Shown here piece by piece: positions 24,552 to 36,515 of a stretch of DNA of 64,000 nucleotides. Source of the DNA: Octopus sinensis (Eukaryota); the NCBI RefSeq assembly GCF_006345805.1, contig NC_043003.1:101432001-101496000 (forward strand), in the 5' to 3' direction. The stretch's first letter is position 1. Each line of letters opens with the position of its first letter. The notes beneath the pieces are model-generated. The model was not told where the DNA came from, made no database searches, and worked only from the letters and a program-made list of their open reading frames with translations. The position numbers and the translations under genes are program-made.

Positions 24552-24689
24552 GTAAATATTTTTTTTTTTGATTTGTTATATATTCATATGTTATATGCAT
24601 ATATTGTATGTAAAAGTGCATGTGTTTGGGTACACACAGTTGTTCATTGTTTGTGCTTTATTTGTATCTTGCCCATACAAGTACTAGAT

Positions 24690-25340
24690 GATGTGTATAG
24701 TGAGGAGGAGGAAGAGATGGCAACTTATAACATAAAAGATAGCTGGGAGTTTTTACAAGACAGCCTGTGAGTTAGAGGCTCGTTCTGTGACAGGAGCAAG
24801 GTTTCAACCAGGAAGAAAGGGGCATGGTAATGAAATGGTGTGGCTGATAGAGCTGTAAAAGCTAAAAGACAGGCCCAAAATGAATAGAAGAAAATGGGAT
24901 ACAAAGAAAAAAAAACCCATCAGGTTGATAGAAAAGATGTTTGAAGGAGAGGAGCTAAAAGAGGTTTGCTAATGGTGTCTGGTATGAAGTAAAGTGTGTG
25001 CTGTATGAATCAGAATAGGTGTGAAGAAAATTCTTCCAAATACCCAGAAAATTCCATAGAAGTAATTAAAATTTTCTGTTACCTAGGGGACCAGATTTGT
25101 TGTGGAGCAGGGCATTCTGAAAGCAAAGTAGCTAGAGTAAGAACTGAGTGAAAAATAATTCAGGGAGTTTATTATTTCTGCTGCAACAAACAAATTTTCT
25201 CTCCAAATAATGGGCTGAAAGCATGATGCTAGCAAGACACAGGCACTGAATGCATAGTGTGTGTGAAGGCCAGAGAGAAATGAAGTAAAGATATTTCACT
25301 GAATGTATAATGTCAGTATGCATAAAATATTCTTCTCAAT
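24690..25340 (+). mobile_element. Old RTE-type LINE remnant
   Basis: Contains an FCYLGDQI motif (~25075-25100) like the other RTE fragments. Heavily decayed. Confidence 0.5.
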
Positions 25341-26009
25341 TTTGGTACAAGGCCAGCAATTTTGAGGGGATGGGGATGTTGATTATATTGACCTCAGTGC
25401 TCAATTTGTACATATTTTATTAATCCTGAAAGGATAAAAGGCAACCTTATAATTAAATACGTATGTCTCACTTGTGATAAAAATAATTAAGAAAATGAAC
25501 TAAAAATTCAATGAATAATAATAAATAAATAAATAAAATCTGTTGTAGGAAATACAACATTATTTTGCTGATGTACCCCTGTGGAACAATTGAATTGTTT
25601 ATGTCTTCTAGAGAAGCCGTTACAATGGTTTAGACATGTAAAATATAGGGATGGTCATAAATGATATTTGTTGGTGGGTACCAGAGGGACTACTAATGGT
25701 AGAAATGTACAAAAGGTGAGTGCCAAAAAATGGAAAATAGATAGTACATTGTGTAGAAATCACATGAAGGGAGTGATATCAAATCAAATACCAAAAGGTT
25801 AAACCTCAAGAATGTGAGGTTATATTAAGACTGACAGGCTTTATTGAAAATTCACTGATCACATGCCAGCAAGTAAAATGGTTATGAAACCAATGATATG
25901 ATAGTGAGGATGTTAGTATTTTGTTGTGCTAGGTAACAGATGAGCTGATTGTTTGTTTATCTTTTTTCAAATTGCTTTAAAATTTTCTTTAATTTCCTCT
26001 CTTTGCCAG

Positions 26010-26092
26010 AGGGTGTTGGTATTTTTGATGCTCACTTTGGAACAATGACAGCATGGCAGCCAATACCTCACTCAATCTTTTCCCAACCAAAG
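26010..26092 (+). CDS. NOL11: NOL11 homologue, exon D (83 nt, phase 1/0)
   Basis: CTCTTTGCCAG acceptor, GTAAAC donor. Encodes (E)GVGIFDAHFGTMTAWQPIPHSIFSQPK, similar to NOL11 ECLSVWNIKFQTLQ. Confidence 0.85.
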
Positions 26093-26799
26093 GTAAACTG
26101 TGATTATTTGTTAGATTCTATATTCCACCTTCTCTGAGACTGAAAAAATTCCTGTATAATTTAAGTAGAAAACATAGTTGAATGTGATGGTTGGTAAACT
26201 TAATATTTCAATTGAATGGTAGAATAATCTTTTGTTAAAAAGATATAAACAACAGTGTGTCAAAGTTATTTCTTCAGTATCAGATAAAAGAATAAAAAAT
26301 ATACACAAGAGACAACCAAACACTTAACTGTATGTATATGTATATACACACAGGCATACATGTTAAGTATTATATGCATATAGCATTTATAGATTAATAT
26401 TTGTAGTGAATGTGACTACTAACCCTTGATCATAACTTCAGATCTCACTGCCCTTATTGTGTGTACCTTATTAAGTCATTTAACTCTGCCACACTGTTCC
26501 TCACTGAAGTAAGAAATAGGTTTCACTCCTACTTCACAGCTGAGGTGTGCTACATCTCTAAAAACATATTTACAGTATTTATCCTCATCATAGTTTAACA
26601 TCCATTTTCCATGCTGGCATGAGTTTGACGGTTTGACTGATGTTTGGAGAGCCAGCGGCTTTACTTGACGCAACAGGTCTTCTCTAGCATATCATATCAG
26701 CTGACACATCAAGGATATATATATATATATATATAGATATATATATATATGTATATATATATATACACACACACACATACATACATGTATATGCACACA

Positions 26800-28010
26800 T
26801 CATCGTTTAACATCCACCTTCCATGCTAGCATGGGTTGGACGATTTGACTGAGTTCTGGCGAACCAGACTCCAATCTAATCTGGCAGAGTTTCTACAGCT
26901 GGATGCCCTTCCTAACGCCAACCACTCCAAGAGTGTGGTGGGTGCTTTTATGTGCCGCCAGCACGAGGGCCAGTTAAATGGTACTGGCAATGGCCACACT
27001 CAAATGGTGCTTTTTATGTGCCACCTGCACAGGAGCCAGTCCATTGGCACTGGCAATGACCTCGCTCAAATGTTTTTTTTTTCACATGCCACCAGCACAA
27101 GTGCTATTAAGGTGACGCAGGTAACGATCACGCTCAAATGGTGTTTTTAACGTGTCCTTGGCACGAAGGCCAGCTTGTTTCTCTGGCAACGATCTCACTC
27201 GTATGGTACTCTTAGCACTCCACTAGCAACGGATGCCAGTCACCGAGTTTGATTTTGATTTCGATTTCACTTGCCTCAACAGGTCTTCGCAATCGAGTTT
27301 GATTTCGATTTCATTTGCCTCAACTGGTCTTCGCAAGCAGAGTTTAGTGTCCAATGAAGGAAAGGCACACATAAGTGGACTGGTTACTCACCTGGCAAAG
27401 GCCACAAGGTTATGGCCTCACTTGCTCTTGCCGAGTCTTCTCAAGCACAGCATATTTCCAGATATACATATGCATACACACACACATATCATTATCATCG
27501 TTTAAGGTCCGCTTTCCATACTAGCATGGGTTGGACGATTTGACTGATGGATGGCGAACCAGATGGCTGCACCAGGCTTCAATCTTGACCTGGCAGAGTT
27601 TCTATAGCTGGATGCCCTTCCTAATGCCAACCACTCCGAGAGTGAAGTGGGTGCTTTTTCCATGCCACCAGCATGAGGGCCAATCAGCTAGCACTGGCAT
27701 CGATCAAGCTTGAATGGTGCTTTTTACATGCCACTAGCATGGGAGCCAGTCAGGTGGTACTGGCACTGACCAGGCTCAAATGGTGCTGTTTACCTTCCAC
27801 CGTCTCAGGTGCCAATCAGGCAACACTGGCATTGGCAACACAACGACTTCACTTGCCTCAACAGGTCTTCGCAAGCGCAGTTTATTGCCCAATGATTGAA
27901 GATTACTCTTAAATGGGTTGGTTGTGCTGTACTGACATAGGCCACGGTTACGGTCTCAGTTGGTTTGTCGGGTCTTCTCAAGCACAGCATATATTCAAAG
28001 GTCTTGGTCA
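26800..28010 (-). mobile_element. Two tandem copies of a short repeat, probably an RTE-LINE 3' tail in reverse
   Basis: (CAT)n-CGTTTAA..CATGCTAGCATGGGTTGGACG..CAGCTGGATGCCCTTCCTAAYGCCAACCACTCC at ~26800 and ~27490. The same head occurs at ~52160, 58543 and 60402. Confidence 0.6.
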
Positions 28011-28084
28011 CTTGTCATCGCCTTGGTGAGGCCCAACATTCGAAGGTCATGCTTCACCACCTCATCCCAGGTTCCCTCTACTGC

Positions 28085-28620
28085 TAGGGTGTGACACATT
28101 TTCACACAGCTATCTTCATCCATATGCAACACATGACCATACCAGCACAGTCATCTCTCTTGCACACCACATCTGACGCTTCTTATGTCCAACTTTTCTC
28201 TCAGGGCGCTTACACTCTGTCGTGTATGTACACTGACATTACACATCCAGCAGAGCATACTAGCTTCTTTCCTTGCAAGCTTACACATGTCCTCAGCAGT
28301 CATGGCCCATGTTTCACTGCCATGTAGCATGGCTGTTCACACACATGCATTATACAGTCTACCTTTTACTCTGAGTTAGAGGCCCTTTGTCACCAGCAGA
28401 TGTAGGAGCTCTCTCAAATTTGTCCAGGCTATTATTCTAGCAGCTACACTCCCAGAGCATCCACCCCTGATACTGACTTGGTCACCTAGGTAATGGAAGC
28501 TATTGACTACTTGTAGTTTTTCCTCCTAAAATGTGACAGAAGCTGTTTTCTACACATTTTCAGTGTTTATTGCCCTTTAGTATTTGCCACACACAAAAAC
28601 TATCTTCCCAGTTAATCTTC
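28085..28620 (-). mobile_element. RTE LINE RT C-terminal fragment
   Basis: Minus translation contains VVNSFHYLGDQV, VKGRLYNACV*TAMLHGSETWAM and WYGHVLHMDE. Confidence 0.75.
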
Positions 28621-28969
28621 CTTTGATATTGCTGTACCTCTTGTGTCCATAGCTTACACTTGGTACATCTTACAGAGTTTCTACCTACACCTTTTTACTG
28701 ATCAAGCAGGTTCATCAAGCTGAATGTATTTGTTGTTTGTCTGTCTTCATACACACACACAACACACACACACACACATATATATATGAATATATACATA
28801 TACATACATACATGCATATATTTTTATATAAAGGTTGTGTAAGATATTTGAGGACAAATTTATGTTCATAAAAAAAAAATCTATGATAACAGATAATAGC
28901 TTTATTTATCAAAACATGCTATGAGGATAAAAATAAACCTTCTTTTCTTTAATGTTATTCAATAAAGCC

Positions 28970-29990
28970 ACCCTCAGCTTCAACAACTGCTTCTATATGA
29001 GATCTAAATAATCTACATGCTCAAATCAAATGGTCCTGGTTCATTTTGGACATCACTCTAACTATTGCCGCTTTCAAAGAATCTTTGGTGCTATGGGCGT
29101 GTTCATTGACCGCTCTCTTAACAATGTTCCACTTGTAATATTCCAATGGATTGAGATCTGGAGAATTAGGAGGCTAAATGTTAGGAGTTACGTGATCATG
29201 AAAATTTTCAGCCATCTATTCCTCTGCCACTAGAGCCATGTGTAATAGTGCAGAGTTTTACTGAAACACATATGGCCTTCCATTACATACACTGTCTATC
29301 CAGGGCTTAACAATTATTTCCCGGATTTCAATATAGATGGCAGAGTTAACTCTAAGGCCTTGCGGTAAGAAGTAAGGAGGCATTACATGTCCTTCATTGC
29401 TGACAACTCATGACAGTTGCAGGAAATTTTGCATGCATAACACTTGGAACTTCAGAAGGGTCTGCACATAACCATCTGTCATTTCTTCTATTAGCTTTTT
29501 GATCTTGGTCGAAGTTTTTCTCATTAGAGAAAAACCAAATTAAACCTTCTGCTGGATTTTTCAGTTTGTTTAAGAACCTTTTAGATCTGATGTGATTTTC
29601 TTTTACTTTTAGTGACAAACCAACCTTTCCTCAGATGGTGGAAAGGTTATGTCTTCATGGACAACATTTCTGACTGTTCCTTCTGACACACGGAAATCTT
29701 TTGTAATTGTCCTTATGGACTTTCTGGGATTATAATCAATGGTCTGTTGAACTTACTGGATAAATTCAAGTGTTCTGATGATTTCAGAGCATTTAGAATG
29801 CTTTTTATGCTTTGATACTGGTGATATGTTTTCATCTTCAGTCTCTAGCTCCTCACAAACTCTGTAGACGAAAGATCTGGCAACTTTTAAAAATCGAGAT
29901 ATTTCACTATGCTCAGCCTTTATAACCACAATAACAGCATGCTTCTTCCTTTCTTGAGTAAGCTGAGGGTCTGCTATTATTTTCTGAAAC
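28970..29990 (-). mobile_element. Tc1/mariner-superfamily (maT/DD37D-like) transposase remnant
   Basis: EISRFLKVARSFVYRV (HTH), WFFSNEKNFDQDQKANRRNDRWL and PPNSPDLNPLEYY motifs, with stops and frameshifts. Confidence 0.75.
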
Positions 29991-30607
29991 AAAGATTGGG
30001 ATAAAATTAATAAGAAACAACTATGCCCTTCTGCACATGTGAACATGTGAAAATATATGCTGATAATTTCAGACACTACAAAAAAAATATTATTTATTCA
30101 AACCAGTTCTTATCCAGCAAGTCTTTGATCAAAGTGTTTTATCCTTTGCATCAGACATTCCGTCTAGGACTTCATTCATTTTACATGTTTTCTATGCTAG
30201 CATAGGTTACAAGACATTATTGAGGCAATGTGTTAAAGCAAGATGCCCTTCCTGTCACTAACTCTTGTTTTTCAAGTGATCTCTTATGCCATGTAGTTAG
30301 ATTGGGACTAGAGTTGCAAAGTACCACAAATATAATGTCCTTTTTTCTTAAGATGATTGGATGTATATGAAGGTTTGGCTGCTATTTTTAGCAGGCCAGG
30401 TGACCATATAGAGCCTCCCTTGTTAACTCAACTTTACTTAGCTTTATTAACTGACAAGGTAATTTGATGGTCAGAGAATTTCTTTACCAAATTACATTTA
30501 GACTGTTTCTTTAGTTTCATTATATCATTTTTACACAAATTCATGTCTTTTAGAATCTGTATTTTGAATGCTGATTTGAATGTCTGCAACTGTACATTAT
30601 TTTGCAG

Positions 30608-30787
30608 CTTTTTTCAAGTAATGGCCATCTATTCACTGCATGTGATAAAGATTTACTTGCATACTCATATCACTTGGAATCTTCCACTCTATCCAACCTA
30701 ATGTGCAATACATATCAACTGGCACACGATCAAAACCTTTTGCGAGTTGTACCAATGCATACCAAGTGGGATGTTCATTCAACATAT
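30608..30787 (+). CDS. NOL11: NOL11 homologue, exon E (180 nt, phase 0/0)
   Basis: TTTGCAG acceptor, GTAAGT donor. Encodes LFSSNGHLFTACDKDLLAYSYHLESSTLSNLM..., similar to NOL11 LWYYGEHLF...YKCEVSSLA. Confidence 0.85.
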
Positions 30788-31327
30788 GTAAGTAGATTTC
30801 CAGTCACTTTTACTCTTTTTTATTATTATTATTATTGTTGGTTCTTTTTAAGGTGGCTCACATAACCACACCTTCATTATGCATTTTGAGTGTTTGCACT
30901 TCATAGTGTATATGTGCACATAATTGCAGGAATTTGCAATTTTTCACAAATCTTGACTTCAGACTTAGTCCGTGTTGTGAATTCATAGGGTTATACATAT
31001 TTATACACTAGGTTGAGATTTCCTTCAACATGAAACCAATGGTAGCCTTCTTAACCCACAAATAAGGAATATTTATCCACCAATGCAGTTTTGTGATGAG
31101 CACTTTTTCTCTCTGTTCAGCATTAACACACACACACTCACAGCAGGTTTCCATACAATTTCCATCTATCATGTCCACAATTCATCTACAAGGCATTGGT
31201 TCAGCCAGGGGCTATAGTATAAACAAAAGAAAAACACGCAAGGTGCTGTGCAGTGAGTAATCTGAAATTACATGGTTGCAAAGCAAGCTTCTTAATCATG
31301 CACCCATGCATACATTTAAACAAGCAT

Positions 31328-31400
31328 CTCCCCAATGGGGAACCAAACCCCAGTCTCCAGCATGGCAGGTAGAGATACTTATCATTATAGTACTATTGTG
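31328..31400 (-). pseudogene. Decayed tRNA(Asp)-like sequence
   Basis: Minus strand TAGTACTATAATGATAAGTATCTCTACCTGCCATGCTGGAGACTGGGGTTTGGTTCCCCATTGGGGAG aligns by eye to the eukaryotic tRNA-Asp(GTC) consensus. The A/B boxes are mutated and the anticodon reads GCC. Confidence 0.5.
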
Positions 31401-31871
31401 TTCTTCATCCATAAGGGATGTTATCACTGGACAAATACCACAGTAAATCTGTCTCTCAATGTATTTTCATTAAATGTGATATAGTAATGGCTATTTTAAT
31501 TTTAATGCTGCTTCTGTTACATATAACTGACGCGTGTGTGCGTTGTGTGTCAGTTTACATTTATGCTTCTGAGAAATATCACACAGCTATGGATGCTATT
31601 GCTCTCATTTTCCCTGTCAATGAGTCAACTGCTGATTTTGCATTTTTGAAGATGTGTGGAATAAAATATCTCTTGTTTGAAAAACCAGCAAGGGTTAGTG
31701 ACAAGAAGAACATCTGGCTGTAAAACAATGTCTCAGTATATTCATGTAACTCATACTAGCATAGAAAAACAGACATAAAGAGAAACGGAATTGAATGATA
31801 TTTTATTTCTTCTGTATATTATTTCAGGTCAAGTCATTGCATTATATTTCCTTTTGTTATTCTTCTTTCAG

Positions 31872-31940
31872 TCAGATGAAAAAGTCAGTGATGAAGAAGC
31901 AATCCAAAACTTGTTTACAAAATTGTTTGACTTTCAACAA
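31872..31940 (+). CDS. NOL11: NOL11 homologue, exon F (69 nt, phase 0/0)
   Basis: TTCTTCTTTCAG acceptor, GTAAGG donor. Encodes SDEKVSDEEAIQNLFTKLFDFQQ. Confidence 0.7.
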
Positions 31941-32316
31941 GTAAGGAAACTTTTTGTTTAATAACTTGCAATATTAGTCCAATTCATGCCAGCATGGAAC
32001 ATGGATGTGATGTTCAATGATGAGATGTTAGCTCTAAATGGGGCTGGATATTGGGAGAGGTTCTTGGTAGGGTCTCTAGTTATTTCTTATTTCCACAAAA
32101 AATGCAATCACTGTTTAGAGTTGAAGCAGAACTGCCTACAAAGCACATTATCCAATTTATATATATATATATATATCAAAATAAGCAACAAGGATAGCCA
32201 AAGATAGTGTAGTACAATCGTTTCATGCTACTTCATTTAATTAAACAATGTAAGTATTACATCAGTTTTAAAATAACTTAAGTACCATATTCATCTGAAT
32301 CTAAATTTTTGCTGTA

Positions 32317-32356
<40 letters not shown>

Positions 32357-32936
32357 GAGGGCATTATACATACATGCCAGAAGGCATTATACATACATGC
32401 CAAACGCTAAGAGGGACAATCAGTCATTTCTACCAAAAATATTACTAATCCCACCGAATGCAATTTTTCAAAGTAAGACATTTAAAAATATAGACCTGTA
32501 TCACAGTGATTTCATACTTACGTAATCATCAGCAGGCCTGAATGTATTATAAATAAACAACGACGCTGCCCCGCTTAAGCCGATCAGCTACTGATCAACA
32601 TCAACGAAGCACATGGGTGAGTTTACATATATTACATCCGGGTAAATGGCAAACTTTTACGAATTGCATTTCGGGAGAGGAAAAGTTTTTTCGGAATAAA
32701 AATTTAGCAATTAAGGACAACTACTTAATAAGGAAAACTTAACAAGAAATTGTCAGGTAGATAGCGTAAAAACCTCATAAGAGAAAAAATTTCGAAAATA
32801 ATTATTTCTTATTGAACATATTAATTTATATATAGAGGGCATTATACATACATGCCAAACGCTAAGAGGGACAATCAGTCATTTCTACCAAAAATATTAC
32901 TAATCCCACCGAATGCAATTTTTATATATATATATA

Positions 32937-34152
32937 CTAGCTTAAAAGCCACCCAATTGGGTGGCTTTTAGGCAAGTGGCCCTGAATGGGAAGATCTGTA
33001 AACAGATCTCTGACTTGTTTTGGAGAATTTGTTGCAATTGCTTCCAGAGTCACATCTCAATGTTGTCGCAAAAAATCATGTAAAAGAATCGCCAAAAACA
33101 ATCGCAGTAATGAAAACATAGGAATCCAAAATTTCAGGAGTGTTGGTCCAGATTTGTCCCGGAATGTTTTTAATTTACTCATGGAGTTAGCCTTTAGATT
33201 ATAATATTTGTTATACAAAAAATTTGTTACAAAAAAGTCTCGTAAAAAAATCAGTGAAAACAATCACGGTAATAAAAACGTAATAATCCAAAATTTCAGG
33301 AGTGTTGGTCCAGATTTGTCCCGGAATGTTTTTAATTTACTCATGGAGTTAGCCTTTAGATTATAATATTTGTTATACAAAAAATTTGTTACAAAAAAGT
33401 CTCGTAAAAAAATCAGTGAAAACAATCACGGTAATAAAAACGTAATAATCCAAAATTTCAGGAGTGTTGGTCCAGATTTGTCCCGGAATGTTTTTAATTT
33501 ACTCATGGAGTTAGCCTTTAGATTATAATATTTGTTATACAAAAAATTTGTTACAAAAAAGTCTCGTAAAAAAATCAGTGAAAACAATCACGGTAATAAA
33601 AACGTAATAATCCAAAATTTCAGGAGTGTTGGTCCAGATTTGTCCCGGAATGTTTTTAATTTACTCATGGAGTTAGCCTTTAGATTATAATATTTGTTAT
33701 ACAAAAAATTTGTTACAAAAAAGTCTCGTAAAAAAATCAGTGAAAACAATCACGGTAATAAAAACGTAATAATCCAAAATTTCAGGATTGTGCGTCCAGA
33801 TTTGTCCTGGAATGTTTTTAATTTACTCATGGAGTTAGCCTTTAGATTATAATATTTGTTATACAAAAAATTTGTTACAAAAAAGTCTCGTAAAAAAATC
33901 AGTGAAAACAATCACGGTAATAAAAACGTAATAATCCAAAATTTCAGGAGTGTTGGTCCAGATTTGTCCTGGAATGTTTTTAATTTACTCATGGAGTTAG
34001 CCTTTAGATTATAATATTTGTTATACAAAAAATTTGTTACAAAAAAGTCTCGTAAAAAAAATCAGTGAAAACAATCACGGTAATAAAAACGTAATAATCC
34101 AAAATTTCAGGATTGTGCGTCCAGATTTTGCCTGGAATGTTTTTAATTTACT
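32937..34152 (-). mobile_element. Helitron 3' portion carrying a tandem array
   Basis: CTAG (32937-40) in a TA context, next to a perfect 28-bp palindrome TAAAAGCCACCCAATTGGGTGGCTTTTA (32943-32970). Confidence 0.7.
33100..34152. repeat. 162-bp tandem repeat, ~6.5 near-identical units
   Basis: ATCCAAAATTTCAGG starts at 33124, 33286, 33448, 33610, 33772, 33934 and 34097. Confidence 0.95.
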
Positions 34153-34191
34153 CAGAGTCAACCTGATTCCAAAATGGTATGATATGTTTAA

Positions 34192-34425
34192 GGCGGCGAG
34201 CTGGCAGAAACGTTAGCATGCCGGGCGAAATGCTTAGCGGTATTTCGTCTGCGTTACGTTGTGAGTTCAAATTCCACCGAGGTCGACTTTGCCTTTCATC
34301 CTTTCGGGGTCGATAAATTAAGTACCAGTTACGCACTGGGGTCGATGTAATCGACTTAATACCTATGTCTGTCCTTGTTTGTCCTCTCTGTGTTTAGCCC
34401 CTTGTGGGTAGTAAAGAAATAGGTA
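34192..34425 (+). mobile_element. Young tRNA-related SINE (second family)
   Basis: GGCGGCGAGCTGGCAGAAACGTTAGC..GAGTTCAAATTCC (B-box-like)..GCCTTTCATCCTTTCGGGGTCGATAAATTAAGTACCAG. Decayed relatives at ~43400-44110 and ~44780-44890. Confidence 0.8.
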
Positions 34426-36304
34426 TGATATGTTGGAAAAAGTGTGATACACTGACATTCACATTTATTATATCAGATATTTTTAATTTTGGGGAAACTT
34501 TCATCATCATCCATCATTTTGAATCCGGTTTTGTCCCCGTTAACAGCGGTGGCCAGATCTCCCTCAGTGCCATGGCAACTGCCCTCGCACCATCTTGCCT
34601 GATTATGGGCGTCCTCCTTTTTCAAGCCAACCCTCCCAGTCTCTTCCCACATTTTCCTCGGTCTATCTAGCTTTTGCTGTCGATTTACCTCAAACTCTAG
34701 CACCTTCTTCAGAACATGCTCCTCACCCCTCCTCAACACATGCCCATACCATTTGCCCTTGCCAGCCATTCTACTGATTTCTCCAACCCCAGCATCCCCA
34801 TCAAGTCTTCAGTCCTCCTCTTATCAAACAGCCTCACACCACACATTTCTCTCACCATTGCTCTCTCAGTCCTTCTCAAAATTACCATCTCTCTCTCTCT
34901 TTCTCTCAAACACCATGTCTTGCTCCCATACAGCATTGCAGCTCTCACACAACTCCTATAGACCTTTCCTTTCATCTTCAATGAGAACCTTTTCCCATAT
35001 AACAAAGCTTCACATTCCCTGAACTTCACCCAGCCAAGTCTCACTCTTGCTGTCACAGCTGCTTCACACCCACCACTTACATCTACCCTACCTCCCAAAT
35101 AACAAAACCCTCTCACCATCTCCAGCTCATCACATAGTGTTTCCACTGACTTCACCAGCCCTCCAGCTCCTTTCTCACATCTTCCACAAACAAACTCTTT
35201 TTCCAGTCTTGGGATCACCTTCTTCATTTTTGTACATCTACCATGAATCCATTTCTCACATTTTGTATACAACACCGCATTTGCCATTACCCTCCTCCCA
35301 CAGACACCACATTGATCCACCTTACTCACTAACACTTCTCCTTCCACCCCACTCACCATCACCTTTGTCTTTCCGAGGTTTACCTTCAAACCCTTGCTTT
35401 CAAATGCATCCTTCCATTTCCAAAACTTCTCCTTCAATTCCTCCATCATCTCACTCATCAGAACAAGGTCATCTGCATACAGTATCCTCATTAGCAGTCC
35501 CTCTCTTCCACTCTCCGTCACCACATCAAGCACTATTGCAAACAACAATGGTGACAGCTCTGATCCAATTCTCACTCGTCTTTAACCCTTATACAAACTC
35601 ATCATTGCTCTCACTTTTACCTTTAGTACACCTCTCTTCCTCAACGCCCACTCAATCACCTTCCTTGGAACCCTATCAAATGTCTTCTCCAGATCAACGA
35701 AGCACACGTACAACTCCTTCCCTTTATCTCAGTATTCCTCCTGCAATCTCCTTACAATGAACACTGCATCTTTTGTCCTCCTTCCTGGAATAAAACCAAA
35801 TTGCATTTCGTCCACATTCACCCCTTTCCAAATTCTCCTCTCCAACACCCTTTCTACTATCTTCATTGCATGCTTTACTCTTCTATACGCCCCACAACGC
35901 ATCACATCTCTATTCCCCTTGAAGATCGGTACCACCACACTTAATGCCCAATCATCTGGCATTCCTCTCCCATCCAGTACACCCTGGCAGAGCTCCATCA
36001 TCACAAAAATCCTTATCTTTCCACTTGCAGTTATCATTTCTACACTTACTTCTGATGGACCAGCTGCCTTTCCTGTTTTCATTTCCTTCACTGCCTTGAC
36101 TACTTCTTCCCAACTAACTCTCTCCACTGGCCCCTTCACTTCCATCCTCTGATCCCATTCACTCTCCACATTCATAATTCCCTCCAAACTCTTCCCCTGT
36201 CCTTCTCACTAAAATTTAACCTTCCATCACTCCCACTCATGCATCTTCCTCGCTCAACATCTCTTCCATCATTTTTCATTGATTTAATAAATCTAAACAC
36301 TCTA

Positions 36305-36435
36305 CATTATTTACATTTGATGGATATTTGTCCTCATCTTGTTTGTTGTTAACATAATGTTTCTTTAGCTTTCTTCAGGTGTCTTCGGGAAATTTAGAAC
36401 CTGGGTTCTCATTCTTAAGGTATTTTTCGATGGTA
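36305..36435 (-). mobile_element. Penelope-like terminal-repeat fragment (inverted partner of 37770-37940)
   Basis: Reverse complement reads TCGAAAAATACCTTAAGAATGAGAACCCAGGTTC..CCTGAAGA..GAAAC..GAGGACAAATATCC, matching 37770-37900. Confidence 0.55.
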
Positions 36436-36515
36436 TTGTTATTCAACCCATGCTGGCCGTTCAACCCATGCTAGCATGGAAAACAGACATTAAACGATAA
36501 TTATTATTATTATTA

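Noticed and set aside
25880-25950. Possible intronic C/D snoRNA upstream of exon D (also ~43210-43265)
   Set aside because: A box D CTGA is present but there is no canonical RTGATGA box C or terminal stem. Not supportable without snoscan or expression data.
33100-34152. Regular array as a possible CRISPR
   Set aside because: The entire 162-bp unit is repeated with no unique spacers, the context is eukaryotic, and there are no cas genes.
35047-35760. 237-aa + strand ORF (also 39570-39974 and similar)
   Set aside because: Antisense shadow of RTE LINE coding sequence, low-complexity in P/S/H/L.
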